Sequence record: OR167180
Direction: 5' to 3' (one strand)
DNA: 64,000 nt
DNA from: Escherichia phage MIZ4
Shown here: piece after piece, positions 21,640 to 31,922 of the stretch
Layout of the letters: each line of letters opens with the position of its first letter
Position numbering within the stretch: position 1 is the stretch's first letter
The notes under the pieces: model-generated
Seen by the model: the letters and a program-made list of their open reading frames with translations, nothing else
Databases searched by the model: none
Told to the model about the DNA's origin: nothing
Translations under genes and position numbers: made by a program

Positions 21640-22726
21640 TGTCTCAATAAAACTTTATCAGGATTATGAGGCATTTCTAAATCATCGCTTTATAGAATTG
21701 GGTGCTACCTTTGTTACAATGACTCTGCGTGATTCGATTCGTGGGGTGAACGAAGGATTGTTGCAATTCTATGATAATAAGGCGATGCATACAAAATTAA
21801 ACGGGAGAGAGATCATTCAGATTTCGCTATCCACTGCTAATACAGATGAAGTGTTTAACCGAATCTATGGGATCTCTCATAGTAATGTAACAATTGACCA
21901 AAAATCCGACAACATTTTAACATTCCAGTTAAAGAGCTATCACGAAACACTAAACCTTAAATTTTCTCGCTCATTAACAAATAACGCTGTTAATAACGTA
22001 ACTAGCATGATTGATGCCATCTATAAGGAAGTTCCTTTATGGAAACCTACTATAAAGGGTGATAACGTTGTTATTCCTCGTTGTCCGTGGGTTAGTACCA
22101 TAAATGACTATATGGATTTTGTTCGGGCATACGGGCAAAGCGTAGAAACAGAGTCTTTCGTTTATTGCTGGGAAGATTTTGATGGTATAACGATCGCTGG
22201 ACACGATACAATATTAAAAAATGATCCAATACCAGCCATAATCTGTGAGCCTAGACTCATGGGGCAATTTATTGATATGTCGCCTAATCTGATGGTTTTT
22301 AATTTCGAATGGCAGACTAAGAGCAATGCTAAAGTTAAAAATTCATTTAGCAATGTGACATACACAACTATTGATTTTGTTACTAAGCAGTATAATAAAA
22401 TTATTGTTGGTAATGGGGATAATATTGCACACTTTGCTCATGGTGGAGCTTATGGCGATTTAACTTATAAGAATGCGTTTTTGGAAGGTTCTAAACTTGC
22501 CACAATAGAACAATATGATTCATATGCTACCGCCGTGTGTCACGGTAATTTTTCGTTGCGCCCAGGTATGGTTATTCGATTCTTTGATGAGAAGCAACAA
22601 GCACGCAATGATTTTATTGTTGACGAAGTGGTGCATGAAATTAGCCGAGAGCAATCATTAACTCACCTGTATATGATCGGTAACAGCGAAGAATTACAGG
22701 AAGTCAAATTTGAAGGTAAGATATAA
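21617..22726 (+). CDS. 27: Baseplate hub protein gp27
   Basis: Matches T4 gp27 (GFPNVSIKL, LQFYDNK, EIIQIS, THLYM). Confidence 0.9.
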   Translation: MQRTGFPNVSIKLYQDYEAFLNHRFIELGATFVTMTLRDSIRGVNEGLLQFYDNKAMHTKLNGREIIQISLSTANTDEVFNRIYGISHSNVTIDQKSDNILTFQLKSYHETLNLKFSRSLTNNAVNNVTSMIDAIYKEVPLWKPTIKGDNVVIPRCPWVSTINDYMDFVRAYGQSVETESFVYCWEDFDGITIAGHDTILKNDPIPAIICEPRLMGQFIDMSPNLMVFNFEWQTKSNAKVKNSFSNVTYTTIDFVTKQYNKIIVGNGDNIAHFAHGGAYGDLTYKNAFLEGSKLATIEQYDSYATAVCHGNFSLRPGMVIRFFDEKQQARNDFIVDEVVHEISREQSLTHLYMIGNSEELQEVKFEGKI

Positions 22727-23244
22727 TGACAGAAACTAAACCTATGCTAAAATTTGTTGTTCCTGTAAAAAAATTAGAGATAAACGGGAAACATATCAAG
22801 ATCCCAAAAATGGGGATTAAGCAACATCGATTATTAAAAGATGTTCGTAGCTGTGATGAAACATTAAAGATTCTTCTTGATTCAATCTGTCCTGGGTTAA
22901 ACGCTGCCGAGTCTGAATTGGTTATGCTTAACCTTTGTGCGTTTAATGGTAAGTGTCTGGAAGAAAAAGATGGTCTTAAGCTGTCTGATGTGTATATTTG
23001 TACAGAGACTGAATTTACTTTAAATGGTAAAGTCTTTAAATTTAAAAATCCAATGTATACTTCTGACCCCATTATCGATGACGCTGATTTCTTGAGTCAT
23101 CATTATCACGATCCTAGCGTAGACTTCCATGATTTCCCAGCTTTTATTATGGATTGGGCTACAGGATTAAGAAAAACTATTGCACTGGATACACCGGAAG
23201 GTACTATCTATGGTGGAATTAACATATTGGATCGCCTATCATGA
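22726..23244 (+). CDS. 28: Baseplate hub distal subunit gp28
   Basis: 172 aa, position between 27 and 29. Confidence 0.75.
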   Translation: MTETKPMLKFVVPVKKLEINGKHIKIPKMGIKQHRLLKDVRSCDETLKILLDSICPGLNAAESELVMLNLCAFNGKCLEEKDGLKLSDVYICTETEFTLNGKVFKFKNPMYTSDPIIDDADFLSHHYHDPSVDFHDFPAFIMDWATGLRKTIALDTPEGTIYGGINILDRLS

Positions 23245-24974
23245 ATGACGCATTAACATCATTTCGCGGGATGCGCAAGGAAGCGGAAGAAAACCCGATT
23301 GATAAACTTAACAAATTAGATAAACTTGATTCTATTGATAATTTGCAAGCCGCTACCGAATTGGTGGCGGAGACAGTAGAACAAAAATCTAATGAAGTTG
23401 TTGGTGCGGTCGAGGATAACACCGCAGCCAATGAATTGACGGCAGAAAATACACAATCTACCGCTGGCAATACCAAAAAAACTTATGAAGAATTGCAAAA
23501 ACTCAATAATTTCTCTTCTCAGATGAATGAGAAATTACGTGGTTTTGGTGTTATGATGGAACGTAGATTTGGTGTTGTCAGTAAAATGGCTAGCGGTATT
23601 GGTGCGATTGAAGAAGCACTGAAAAAACCGGAACAACCGCAAACAATGCCATCACCTCAGCCAGTTTTGCCTACTGTACCGGAACAGCCTAATAATGACA
23701 ACTATCAAGGTCTTCCAAAGAAAAAACCGGATGTTGATGACCGAAAGAAAAAGAACGCCACAGATAAGCGTAATGCGGATTCTATGGAAAATCTTCTTAA
23801 AGTTGTTCGTGGAGGATTTAAAGAAACCATAAGTATCTCTAATAAGGTCTTAGGGATGTTATTTAAGATCACTTTGACCGCTATGGCAGAAGCCGCAAAA
23901 TGGGGTGCTATTTTGATGGGTATTGTTTTTGTCATTGATACCCTGATGGTTCATTTCAGATATTGGAGCGATTTATTCGAGACAAAATTCAGTGAATTTA
24001 TGGATAAAGCCGGAGAATGGGCTGGACCAATTAGTGATATTCTAACAACTATTCGTCAAGTTCGAGATTATTGGTCTAAAGGCGAATATGGAGAGTTAAT
24101 TAAATCTCTTGTTATGGGTATTGGTGATGCATTCTATAAAACCTTTATCCAACTTGATCGAATTATCACTACTGGTATTGCTAAAATTCTTCGCATGATC
24201 CCTGGTATGGGTGATTATGCCGATAAGTTAGAATATGGTGCTTTAAAATCTGCTGTCGCTCAAGGCTATACGCCAAATGAAAGAGAACTCGAATTAATGG
24301 ATAAGGTCGAGTCTGAACATGAAGAAGACAAATATGGAGAGCGTACTGGTTGGACCGGAAAAGCCCGTGATATTGGCGAAGCTATTGGGGATTCTATTAA
24401 GGATAAAGTTAACGAAGGTCTTGTTAGTCTGGGCTGGAGAGATCAAAAGGATGTTGACGCAGAGAAACGACAAGAAGAATTAAAACGCGGGGAATACAAG
24501 TCTGTTTCTGCTGAACAACGATCTGCTAGTCGTAAACTTAGAATTAAAAGCGAGGGCGCGATCAATAATATTAATGAAGTTATGGAGAATTTGAGCGGTG
24601 ACTATGACAAAGAAAGAATGGTAGAGTTGAAAAAGGATATTGATGTTTACCGTGAGCAAGTTCAAGATCCTACATTAGTTGAAAGTGATCGTTCTCAGTT
24701 AGAGCGTCTTATTGAAAAATTTGATGAGATGTATGCTGATAAAACTAAGGGTGCGGTTCCAACTAATCCTGTTCCTGCAACTGAAACGGAAACAGCAAAA
24801 CAAGCGGAACGTACTGAACAAATGCAGAAACAAGCTGCAATCCAGCAACAAACGACAAATCAGACCTCAAACGTAAATAATACACAAATTGTAACAAACA
24901 ATAGAACTATTAAACAGGGTGCACCAACAACTAGAATTGATGCCCCCGGTACAATTAATATGGGGAACTTTTAA
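23241..24974 (+). CDS. 29: Baseplate hub / tail length determinator gp29
   Basis: 577 aa, position and size as T4 gp29 (590 aa). Confidence 0.8.
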   Translation: MNDALTSFRGMRKEAEENPIDKLNKLDKLDSIDNLQAATELVAETVEQKSNEVVGAVEDNTAANELTAENTQSTAGNTKKTYEELQKLNNFSSQMNEKLRGFGVMMERRFGVVSKMASGIGAIEEALKKPEQPQTMPSPQPVLPTVPEQPNNDNYQGLPKKKPDVDDRKKKNATDKRNADSMENLLKVVRGGFKETISISNKVLGMLFKITLTAMAEAAKWGAILMGIVFVIDTLMVHFRYWSDLFETKFSEFMDKAGEWAGPISDILTTIRQVRDYWSKGEYGELIKSLVMGIGDAFYKTFIQLDRIITTGIAKILRMIPGMGDYADKLEYGALKSAVAQGYTPNERELELMDKVESEHEEDKYGERTGWTGKARDIGEAIGDSIKDKVNEGLVSLGWRDQKDVDAEKRQEELKRGEYKSVSAEQRSASRKLRIKSEGAINNINEVMENLSGDYDKERMVELKKDIDVYREQVQDPTLVESDRSQLERLIEKFDEMYADKTKGAVPTNPVPATETETAKQAERTEQMQKQAAIQQQTTNQTSNVNNTQIVTNNRTIKQGAPTTRIDAPGTINMGNF

Positions 24975-26032
24975 TGAAAATTAGTGTTATCAATGATGCC
25001 GTTGATAGCTTTAAAGCGGGGGTTAAAACCTCCGCTGGTTTTACCTCAAAAAATAAAGGGAAAACATTAACCGCTCAATTCCCCGCTGAACGTGCTAGCG
25101 GTAATGATGCTAGCGGTTATTATATCAACGACTTATATAATAATGGTCTGCTATTCACTGCATACGATTACACATCTCGTACTACTGGATCGTTGCGTGA
25201 TTTCAGGAAAAAGAAAAATGTTGCTAGCGGTTTTGGCGGTAGCGTTAATATCGCTGGTTTTGATTTAAATTTGGGTGGGAGAAATGCTGCATTTGACCGC
25301 GAGGCAATTGCTAATATTCTTCTTCCTCGTAGTCAATCTGACGTTGACGCTGCTAGCCATAAGTTTAATGATGTTGGTGAATCTGTTATTTCTCGCGGCG
25401 GTGGTACTTTAGGCGGTGCTCTTTCTAATATGGCATCTACTGCCGTTTTTGGTGGTATCGAAAGTATTACTGGTGGATACCTTGCCGATCACGGTGAACA
25501 GATTTATAATACTGCGCGAAGCATGTATGCTGGTGCTGACGCACGAACTAAAAACTACGTATGGCATCTAACCCCACGCAGTATTGAAGACCTTCGCAAT
25601 ATTCTGATCATATACGAAACGTTTTTAGAATTGTCTTATGGATCTAGTGGTATTTCCAGCACCGCAAAAGAATTAAAAGCGGAAGTTGATGCGTGGTATA
25701 AAAATACACTATTGAGAAAATCCACCCCAGAGGAAGCGAAGAGAAATGATACGCTGTTTGAAGGGATCACCGATTTTCTATCCAACGTAATTACTGTATC
25801 TAACCCGACAATATGGATGATCTCTAACTTCGGTAAGCGTACATCGTTTGAAGGGCGTAGCGATGCATTTGGTCCCGCTCAGATCTCAAGTGTACGTCTG
25901 GACAAGTCGCCTGATGGTAAGTTTAATGGCCTTGCTATTTCTCCTAACTTGCCTAGTACATTTGTTCTTGAAGTATCATTTAGAGAGATCTTGACACTTT
26001 CCCGTGGTACTATATTTGGGAGTGTGGTATAA
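24974..26032 (+). CDS. 48: Baseplate tail tube cap gp48
   Basis: 352 aa, position between 29 and 54. Confidence 0.8.
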   Translation: MKISVINDAVDSFKAGVKTSAGFTSKNKGKTLTAQFPAERASGNDASGYYINDLYNNGLLFTAYDYTSRTTGSLRDFRKKKNVASGFGGSVNIAGFDLNLGGRNAAFDREAIANILLPRSQSDVDAASHKFNDVGESVISRGGGTLGGALSNMASTAVFGGIESITGGYLADHGEQIYNTARSMYAGADARTKNYVWHLTPRSIEDLRNILIIYETFLELSYGSSGISSTAKELKAEVDAWYKNTLLRKSTPEEAKRNDTLFEGITDFLSNVITVSNPTIWMISNFGKRTSFEGRSDAFGPAQISSVRLDKSPDGKFNGLAISPNLPSTFVLEVSFREILTLSRGTIFGSVV

Positions 26033-26964
26033 TGTTTGATTTAAATGATTTTAACGAACAAGCCGCTAACCTTGACTTTCAGCGATCCAACTTATTCAGC
26101 GTGGCATTTGCCACCACTCCAAGTAATAAGACACAAGCGATCCTAGAAAGTATGGGCGGTGCGGTATATGATATTATACCAAATGCATTAAATGACTATT
26201 TCGGGATTACTCGTGGTGATTATACTGACGCATTAACAAATCTTGCTGTACAGGGTGTTAGGCGTGCTGTTGATTCATCCGGTGTCAAAAAGTATCTTTT
26301 AGGTGCAATGTCATCCCGCGTAGTTCAATCTCTTCTGGGGCAATTTGATGTTGGTACATATGCGCTTGATTGGTTCAATATGGCATATAAGACAAGCGGT
26401 CTTCTGGTGTATGCTGTTAAGGTTCCAGAAAACAGATTGAATTATGAAATGGACCATAACCACAATGCGCCAAACATTCGAATTACCGGACGTGATTTTG
26501 ATCCGCTTGTGTTGAGCTTTAGAATGGACTCTAGCGCATCAAACTATAGAGCAATGCAGGATTGGGTTAACTCAGTAGAAGACCCCGTCACAGGGCTTCG
26601 TGCGCTTCCTGTTGACGTTGAAGCTGATATTCAGGTCAACTTACATAACCGAATGGGAGTCCCTCACACGATCATGATGTTTAATGGTTGTGTTCCTGTT
26701 GGTGTGAGTGCACCGGAGTTAACCTATGAGAACAACAACGAAATTACAACATTCGATGTTACTTTCGCATATCGTTCTATGCAAACTGGTGCTGTAGGAG
26801 AGCAAGCCGCGCGAGAATGGATTGAGGATAAGGCAATAAACGCAATAACAAACACTTTCGGCAATAATTTACTTGATAGTGGGTTATCTGCTGCTGGTAA
26901 TGCTTTATCGCGTCTAAATGGCGTTGGTGGGCGTGTGGTGAATACTGTCACTAACTGGTTCTAA
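26032..26964 (+). CDS. 54: Baseplate tail tube initiator gp54
   Basis: 310 aa; C-terminal similarity to gp19 (EITTFDVTFAY). Confidence 0.8.
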   Translation: MFDLNDFNEQAANLDFQRSNLFSVAFATTPSNKTQAILESMGGAVYDIIPNALNDYFGITRGDYTDALTNLAVQGVRRAVDSSGVKKYLLGAMSSRVVQSLLGQFDVGTYALDWFNMAYKTSGLLVYAVKVPENRLNYEMDHNHNAPNIRITGRDFDPLVLSFRMDSSASNYRAMQDWVNSVEDPVTGLRALPVDVEADIQVNLHNRMGVPHTIMMFNGCVPVGVSAPELTYENNNEITTFDVTFAYRSMQTGAVGEQAAREWIEDKAINAITNTFGNNLLDSGLSAAGNALSRLNGVGGRVVNTVTNWF

Positions 26965-26974
26965 TAAGCGAAAG

Positions 26975-26999
26975 GCGGGGATTATCCCCGCCTTTTTAT
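26975..26999. terminator. Bidirectional rho-independent terminator
   Basis: AAAGGCGGGGA-TTAT-CCCCGCCTTTTT between convergent gene 54 and the lipoprotein gene. Confidence 0.7.
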
Positions 27000-27481
27000 T
27001 TTGCTAAATCATTGCAATATTTTAGTGCCTTAGTTTGAAATTCTGCGCTGTTAAGTTCTTCATAACGGTCATAATCACCGTTTAATGCTGCCTTTCTTGC
27101 TTCTTGCTCTATCTGCATGTCAGACATGATAATACAGCGATCCCGTGCTTTCATCTTCTCAAGTTGTATAGACTCTTCTTTCTGCTTGCGCAATTCTTCT
27201 TGACGCTTCTTTTCTTCTTGTGCTTTCTCTTCCCGCGCTTCTTTGATTGCATCCTTGAACATCTGCGTTTGTGGTGCTAAACCAACTTTAACGCGATCCA
27301 CGTCTCGACGTTCCATTTTAGAAATAAAGCATGATTCGATCTGATCATCACTTGCATATGCTGCTTTACATTCACGAAGTAAGAAAACCGGATCTGATTT
27401 AGCATTCATCATAGCTTCCATGTTGGCACAACCAGTAAGCATGAATGCAGCCGCAAGACCAATCAGTTTAATCATTTTCAT
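26996..27481 (-). CDS. Predicted lipoprotein (161 aa) with charged coiled-coil region
   Basis: N-terminal signal peptide ending in lipobox LTGC; Lys/Glu-rich helical middle. Confidence 0.65.
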   Translation of the reverse strand: MKMIKLIGLAAAFMLTGCANMEAMMNAKSDPVFLLRECKAAYASDDQIESCFISKMERRDVDRVKVGLAPQTQMFKDAIKEAREEKAQEEKKRQEELRKQKEESIQLEKMKARDRCIIMSDMQIEQEARKAALNGDYDRYEELNSAEFQTKALKYCNDLAK

Positions 27482-28302
27482 TTAGTCACCTCACCGAAAA
27501 TTGTAAATTGTCTACGATTCTCATCGCCGAAAGATTCTACTACGTCGTTTACCTTGACGCAAGTCCCGCGCGGTAAAATTACTTCACATTCGCAAGGGTT
27601 CCATGCAATTGACCCAACAACAAAACCTTTATGATCTTTTACGTCAATTACCCATGATACATTACAAGAATGTTGCATCTTTCCGGTCATTGATTCATAT
27701 CGATTCTCACAATAAAGGCTAGTGCTGTTTGATAGCCATCCTCCAAAGATGATTGGTGTCATGCTGGTTGACACAAAGTTTTTAAAGGTAAATTCCTTAT
27801 CTTCAATAATACGCTCTATTGTCTGAATGTCAAGATGTTGACCGCGATAAAGAGTACCGTTTAACTTTTCGGTTTTATCCATGACACAATCCATCAAATC
27901 AACAATCTCTGATATCTCATCGGTCATGTCTTCTTCCCCTAAGAGAGCACCATTTACCCATTCGTATTGTTCAGACACATAATCACAGATTGCATTATAT
28001 TCTGCTGGGGGTATGTTGTTATGTTTGTAATGTTTGAATACATTATCTCCAAAGTCTTCGGAGTGTACTTCATACATCACATTAATGATTTTCTTGACAA
28101 ATCCATAATCTTGTGTCTCGCGCTCAAGGAAGCGGATAACCTTCACATAATCATCAAAGTTAATCTGATCGCTGATCATCTCAGTGATCATGTAACCATT
28201 AATCCCCTCAATGTCATATGTTTCAATATAATTGTCCATACGTTCCATCATTGATTCGCGTGATTCTTCCGAAAGACGAAAATCCTGTAATTTCTTGAAC
28301 AT
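27478..28302 (-). CDS. ADP-ribosyltransferase, short Alt paralog (274 aa)
   Basis: R-S-E triad motifs LYRG, FVSTS, CECEVILPRG; alignable to the C-terminal domain of the adjacent Alt. Confidence 0.75.
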   Translation of the reverse strand: MFKKLQDFRLSEESRESMMERMDNYIETYDIEGINGYMITEMISDQINFDDYVKVIRFLERETQDYGFVKKIINVMYEVHSEDFGDNVFKHYKHNNIPPAEYNAICDYVSEQYEWVNGALLGEEDMTDEISEIVDLMDCVMDKTEKLNGTLYRGQHLDIQTIERIIEDKEFTFKNFVSTSMTPIIFGGWLSNSTSLYCENRYESMTGKMQHSCNVSWVIDVKDHKGFVVGSIAWNPCECEVILPRGTCVKVNDVVESFGDENRRQFTIFGEVTK

Positions 28303-28380
28303 TTTAAACCTCCCATATAACAGAAAACGGGGCTAGTATAAAACTAGTCCCCGTTTGAGTCAACCATTATTTCTTAAAAA

Positions 28381-30432
28381 TTACATTTTAAATTTATCTG
28401 GCATTGCGTCTACAGATACCAGATCAGCGATAAGCTGACGTAGAGTTGCCTTATCTGCTTTCTTACGTTCGGTTTTAGCTTCGCTAATGAAGCTGGAGAA
28501 AGACAGGTCAGAAGCAGGTTTAACAACACCCTCACGGATGAATGCATCACCGTCCGCGATCATTTCGCCAGATTCTTGTAATGCTGCCAGTTCATTTTTG
28601 TTCATAATATGTGCCTCAATGTAATAAGTTTCTTGTGAATCTGTCGATGCCGTAGCACGAGTTACCGTATCAAAGGATAACACAACACCGCGAGGAAGTA
28701 AAATCTCGCATTCTTTGTAAGCAAATGCTTTGTTACCTACTGGCAAGACAGGGATGTTTTCCGCGCCAGCAATGGAGAAAGCAACATTAGCGCCACCTTC
28801 ACCGCGAGAGCCAGCCATAGAATCAACACCAGCAACGGCACTAGCCACGTTTGCATTCCAGCCGCCAAAAATGTTAGGTGCAAGGGAAGTGCTCACATAG
28901 TTTTTAAAGTAAAACGCTTTTTGCTTACGTGCAGTTTCCCACATTTGCGACCGGAAGTCCATACCACGATACAGAATAGTACCCGGATCAAGTTTAACGC
29001 CATAGTTGGAGAAGGCATTATCCAGTGCATCGCACATCTTGACCAATTCTTCTGGATCTGAGATTCCTTCAAACTCTTCCAGCTTACGGTCGGTTAGGAA
29101 GTTGTTCATATTGATGTATGCTGCATCGGCATATTCGCTCAACACAAAACCTTCCGCGCCTGGCAGATCAAGATCAATATCTGCCATCATTTCACCCATG
29201 TTGCTAGCAATTGCTTCAAACATACCGGACGCAACATTACGAAGGGCATCGGTTTTAATCTGGGTGATATGACTACGCAGCATTTCAGCTTTTACATCTG
29301 CTGGCATAGACTGGTCTACTCGATCCATTGCCAGGGCGGTGATCTTGTTTTCGAATACTTCCTCGCTCATGATTTCTTTTAAGCGTTTGATTGATGCTGC
29401 GATAACTTCCGCAGACAACGGATCATATTGATCCTGAACTTTTACCAGTTCGCTTACTGCGTATTTTGCATCTGCTTCGCTTTCAAAAATAGTACGCATG
29501 AAACCATAGCGAGTGATAATATCACTTGTCCAGTCATTCAGAGAACGGGCGGTTGAACGTTCTAAGGCTTGACGGTCAATCAGAGTATTAAACTGTTTCT
29601 TAGGTTCGGCTTCGGTGATATCTTCTTCCGGTTTAAGATTAATTTTTTCTGGATGATTCACGTAGTCGCTGTTATAGGTCGCTTGAGTTTTCAGCATTTC
29701 TTCTTTAGTCAAACGAGATTTAGCCGCTACGCGTTGTTCTGCTTCCGCGTTTCGTTCTTCTTCTGACACAAGACTAGCCGCATATGCCTCATCTTTAGTC
29801 AGAGATTCACCCGTAGCCTTAGATACCCAGCGATCACCTAAATCACTTTCTACTTTGGTGAACAAGGATTCATCAAGTTTAATCCCTTTAATCTTATCAA
29901 TCGCCATCCCGCGACGTTTGACAACAACTAAAGCGATCTTTTTGCTGGTCATTACTTCCTGCTGGAATACTTCAAACTTCGGTGTACGACGCACCAAACG
30001 CTCTATAACGCGCTTAACCAGTTCGGTCTTACCTTTCATGCGGGATACGTTAAAACGGAACATAACAGCGTCTAATTGCGCTTTACGGGCTGTTTCCATA
30101 ACCACATCAAACGCACTTGCCATAACTGCAATCGGGTTATCGCCTAGACCATTTTTAAGTTGTACAATACGACCGCTTTTGTTCATTTCGCACAGTACAA
30201 CATGTGCGGTTTTGTCACCCATACGAATGATTTTAGGTGTTTTGTTGGTGAAGTTACAAAGACGGACAATCACATCTTTATCGCGTGTCTGTACTGCAAA
30301 AAGCTGTTTAGGATTCTGCTTAGGCTTTAAGCACTGTACCGGAGCAATACTGCCAAAGTTTTCTTCCTCTTCCGTCAACAGCCATTTCTCGAAAGATTCA
30401 ATCATTAGATCGTCGATTTCTAAGTTAAACAT
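28381..30432 (-). CDS. alt: Alt ADP-ribosyltransferase (683 aa)
   Basis: Size and position as T4 Alt (682 aa); motifs ILYRG, YVSTS, ECEILLPRG. Confidence 0.9.
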   Translation of the reverse strand: MFNLEIDDLMIESFEKWLLTEEEENFGSIAPVQCLKPKQNPKQLFAVQTRDKDVIVRLCNFTNKTPKIIRMGDKTAHVVLCEMNKSGRIVQLKNGLGDNPIAVMASAFDVVMETARKAQLDAVMFRFNVSRMKGKTELVKRVIERLVRRTPKFEVFQQEVMTSKKIALVVVKRRGMAIDKIKGIKLDESLFTKVESDLGDRWVSKATGESLTKDEAYAASLVSEEERNAEAEQRVAAKSRLTKEEMLKTQATYNSDYVNHPEKINLKPEEDITEAEPKKQFNTLIDRQALERSTARSLNDWTSDIITRYGFMRTIFESEADAKYAVSELVKVQDQYDPLSAEVIAASIKRLKEIMSEEVFENKITALAMDRVDQSMPADVKAEMLRSHITQIKTDALRNVASGMFEAIASNMGEMMADIDLDLPGAEGFVLSEYADAAYINMNNFLTDRKLEEFEGISDPEELVKMCDALDNAFSNYGVKLDPGTILYRGMDFRSQMWETARKQKAFYFKNYVSTSLAPNIFGGWNANVASAVAGVDSMAGSRGEGGANVAFSIAGAENIPVLPVGNKAFAYKECEILLPRGVVLSFDTVTRATASTDSQETYYIEAHIMNKNELAALQESGEMIADGDAFIREGVVKPASDLSFSSFISEAKTERKKADKATLRQLIADLVSVDAMPDKFKM

Positions 30433-30473
30433 TTTATATCCTCTAGTTGATAACCTATAAACCTATATTTATG

Positions 30474-30499
30474 AAAAAGGGGCTTAACGCCCCCTTTTA
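30474..30499. terminator. Hairpin terminator between the small-gene array and alt
   Basis: AAAAAGGGG-CTTAACG-CCCCTTTT. Confidence 0.5.
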
Positions 30500-30712
30500 T
30501 TATAATGCACCATCGAGCAATTGCTCTAAGGTGTATCCTGAATAGTCTTTTTCAATCAGGATATATTTTCCTACTCGTTTAATACAACCGCGCATTTCAA
30601 CGTATTCTGCGTAGTTGATGGTACGAGTTGTTCCATCTTCCAGTAATGCAGTACCGATTTCGTTAATGCGGTCATAAGTTACGTCGGTAATGATGATTTC
30701 GATGTTAGCCAT
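30500..30712 (-). CDS. Hypothetical small protein (70 aa)
   Basis: Start at MANIEII with AAGGAG RBS; track N-terminal extension is translated promoter. Confidence 0.6.
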   Translation of the reverse strand: MANIEIIITDVTYDRINEIGTALLEDGTTRTINYAEYVEMRGCIKRVGKYILIEKDYSGYTLEQLLDGAL

Positions 30713-30748
30713 TTGATACTCCTTAGTAGTTCGTTTCGGTATGTGTGC

Positions 30749-30777
30749 ATTATAGGGGATCACCGATCCCCTGTCAA
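30749..30777 (-). promoter_or_regulatory. Sigma70-type early promoter cassette
   Basis: Minus strand TTGACA-17 nt-TATAAT; spacer is the palindrome GGGGATC-GGT-GATCCCC; approx coordinates. Confidence 0.65.
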
Positions 30778-30791
30778 CAACTTTTTTAAAA

Positions 30792-31073
30792 TTATTCGTG
30801 ATTAGTTTCGATGTTGTGCATTTTGCACCAGTTCAGCCAATCGCCCAGATCCTGATAGTTAATGCTTTTATCTGCTGCCATCGTTTTTGTCTTGATACCC
30901 ATATGTGCGTTATGAGTAAGCATTTTTACAGTGAACTCGATTTTATCGCCTTTAGCTTTAACATCAACCAGTTTGGTCCACTGGCTACCAGCGCCGCGAA
31001 TGTTCATACCAACGATGTTTCCGATGTACGCTTCTTTGTTTTTCAGGATTTCGGTTGCTTTGATGAATTTCAT
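30792..31073 (-). CDS. Hypothetical small protein (93 aa)
   Basis: ATG preceded by the conserved leader GGAGAATCAAAA. Confidence 0.65.
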   Translation of the reverse strand: MKFIKATEILKNKEAYIGNIVGMNIRGAGSQWTKLVDVKAKGDKIEFTVKMLTHNAHMGIKTKTMAADKSINYQDLGDWLNWCKMHNIETNHE

Positions 31074-31106
31074 TTTTGATTCTCCAGTTCGTTTCGGTAT
31101 GTGTGT

Positions 31107-31135
31107 ATTATGCTATGTTCTTACTTTGGTGTCAA
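31107..31135 (-). promoter_or_regulatory. Sigma70-type early promoter cassette
   Basis: Minus strand TTGACA-17-CATAAT followed by the conserved ACACACATACCGAAACGA leader. Confidence 0.6.
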
Positions 31136-31143
31136 CAACTTTT

Positions 31144-31413
31144 TTAGATATTTTCAGAAATAAATTTTAAAACTTGACGTAAATGTTTCTCATCTTTGAT
31201 AGTCGCCGGAAGTTCTTCTTTTACTTCCTGTGCAAGATAGATATTTCCGTTCCAAGTGAAAGATCCGTCTTCGTTTACGCGATAGCTGAACATCCACTCG
31301 CAATCATTTTCGATTTCATATACACACAGAATGGTGTAATCTTCAAAGCTATTGATTTCAAGGTCGAAGCCGTGACGTTTTGCAAAGTTGGTAGTGGTTT
31401 TAGTCAGTGCCAT
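31144..31413 (-). CDS. Hypothetical small protein (89 aa)
   Basis: ATG start with RBS; own upstream promoter cassette. Confidence 0.65.
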   Translation of the reverse strand: MALTKTTTNFAKRHGFDLEINSFEDYTILCVYEIENDCEWMFSYRVNEDGSFTWNGNIYLAQEVKEELPATIKDEKHLRQVLKFISENI

Positions 31414-31453
31414 TGTTTGATTCTCCTAAGTGGTATCTCGTTTCGATGGGTGT

Positions 31454-31482
31454 ATTATGCTATACACAGGATCTGGTGTCAA
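31454..31482 (-). promoter_or_regulatory. Sigma70-type early promoter cassette
   Basis: TTGACA-17-CATAAT, conserved leader. Confidence 0.6.
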
Positions 31483-31534
31483 CAACTTTTTTAAAAAATA
31501 GGCAATAAAAAGCCGACACTATGGTCGGCACATT

Positions 31535-31789
31535 TTAAAAATTCTTGCTATATATGCAAGCCTCATAATCTAGAGGATGACCGCCAATCCTACCAGGCTT
31601 AATATTCCAACCGCATCGATATTTGCTGACCATGCTAACCGTTTCGGTTCTTAGAGCATTTCTTTGCAAATCATACCCCCTAAATTCTTGTCTATAAGGA
31701 CAGTCCGCTTTGCAAGTTGGCGGTTCTACGTCATTTAGCGGGTCAGAAGCAGTTGGCTTTATTATCAATTCTTTGTTTGCAATAATCAT
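31535..31789 (-). CDS. Hypothetical Cys-rich small protein (about 84 aa)
   Basis: Start uncertain (ATG at 31789 or 31819); overlaps the upstream gene in a different frame. Confidence 0.4.
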   Translation of the reverse strand: MIIANKELIIKPTASDPLNDVEPPTCKADCPYRQEFRGYDLQRNALRTETVSMVSKYRCGWNIKPGRIGGHPLDYEACIYSKNF

Positions 31790-31922
31790 AAGCACATCCC
31801 ATTGAAGGCAATTTAACATCTTCGCAATAAGTGTTGAATCCGTCAAATACAATCACTTCGTATTTGACTCCATCGGCGATAGCTTTTACTTTATACCATC
31901 CATGCTTGTATAAAATCTTCAT
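31743..31922 (-). CDS. Hypothetical Cys-rich small protein (59 aa)
   Basis: Start at MKILYK with GAGGGAAATAAAG RBS. Confidence 0.55.
   Translation of the reverse strand: MKILYKHGWYKVKAIADGVKYEVIVFDGFNTYCEDVKLPSMGCAYDYCKQRIDNKANCF

Noticed and set aside
30433-30475. CATAAATA motif upstream of alt as a late promoter
   Set aside because: One mismatch from TATAAATA, and the spacing to the alt ATG could not be verified confidently by eye.
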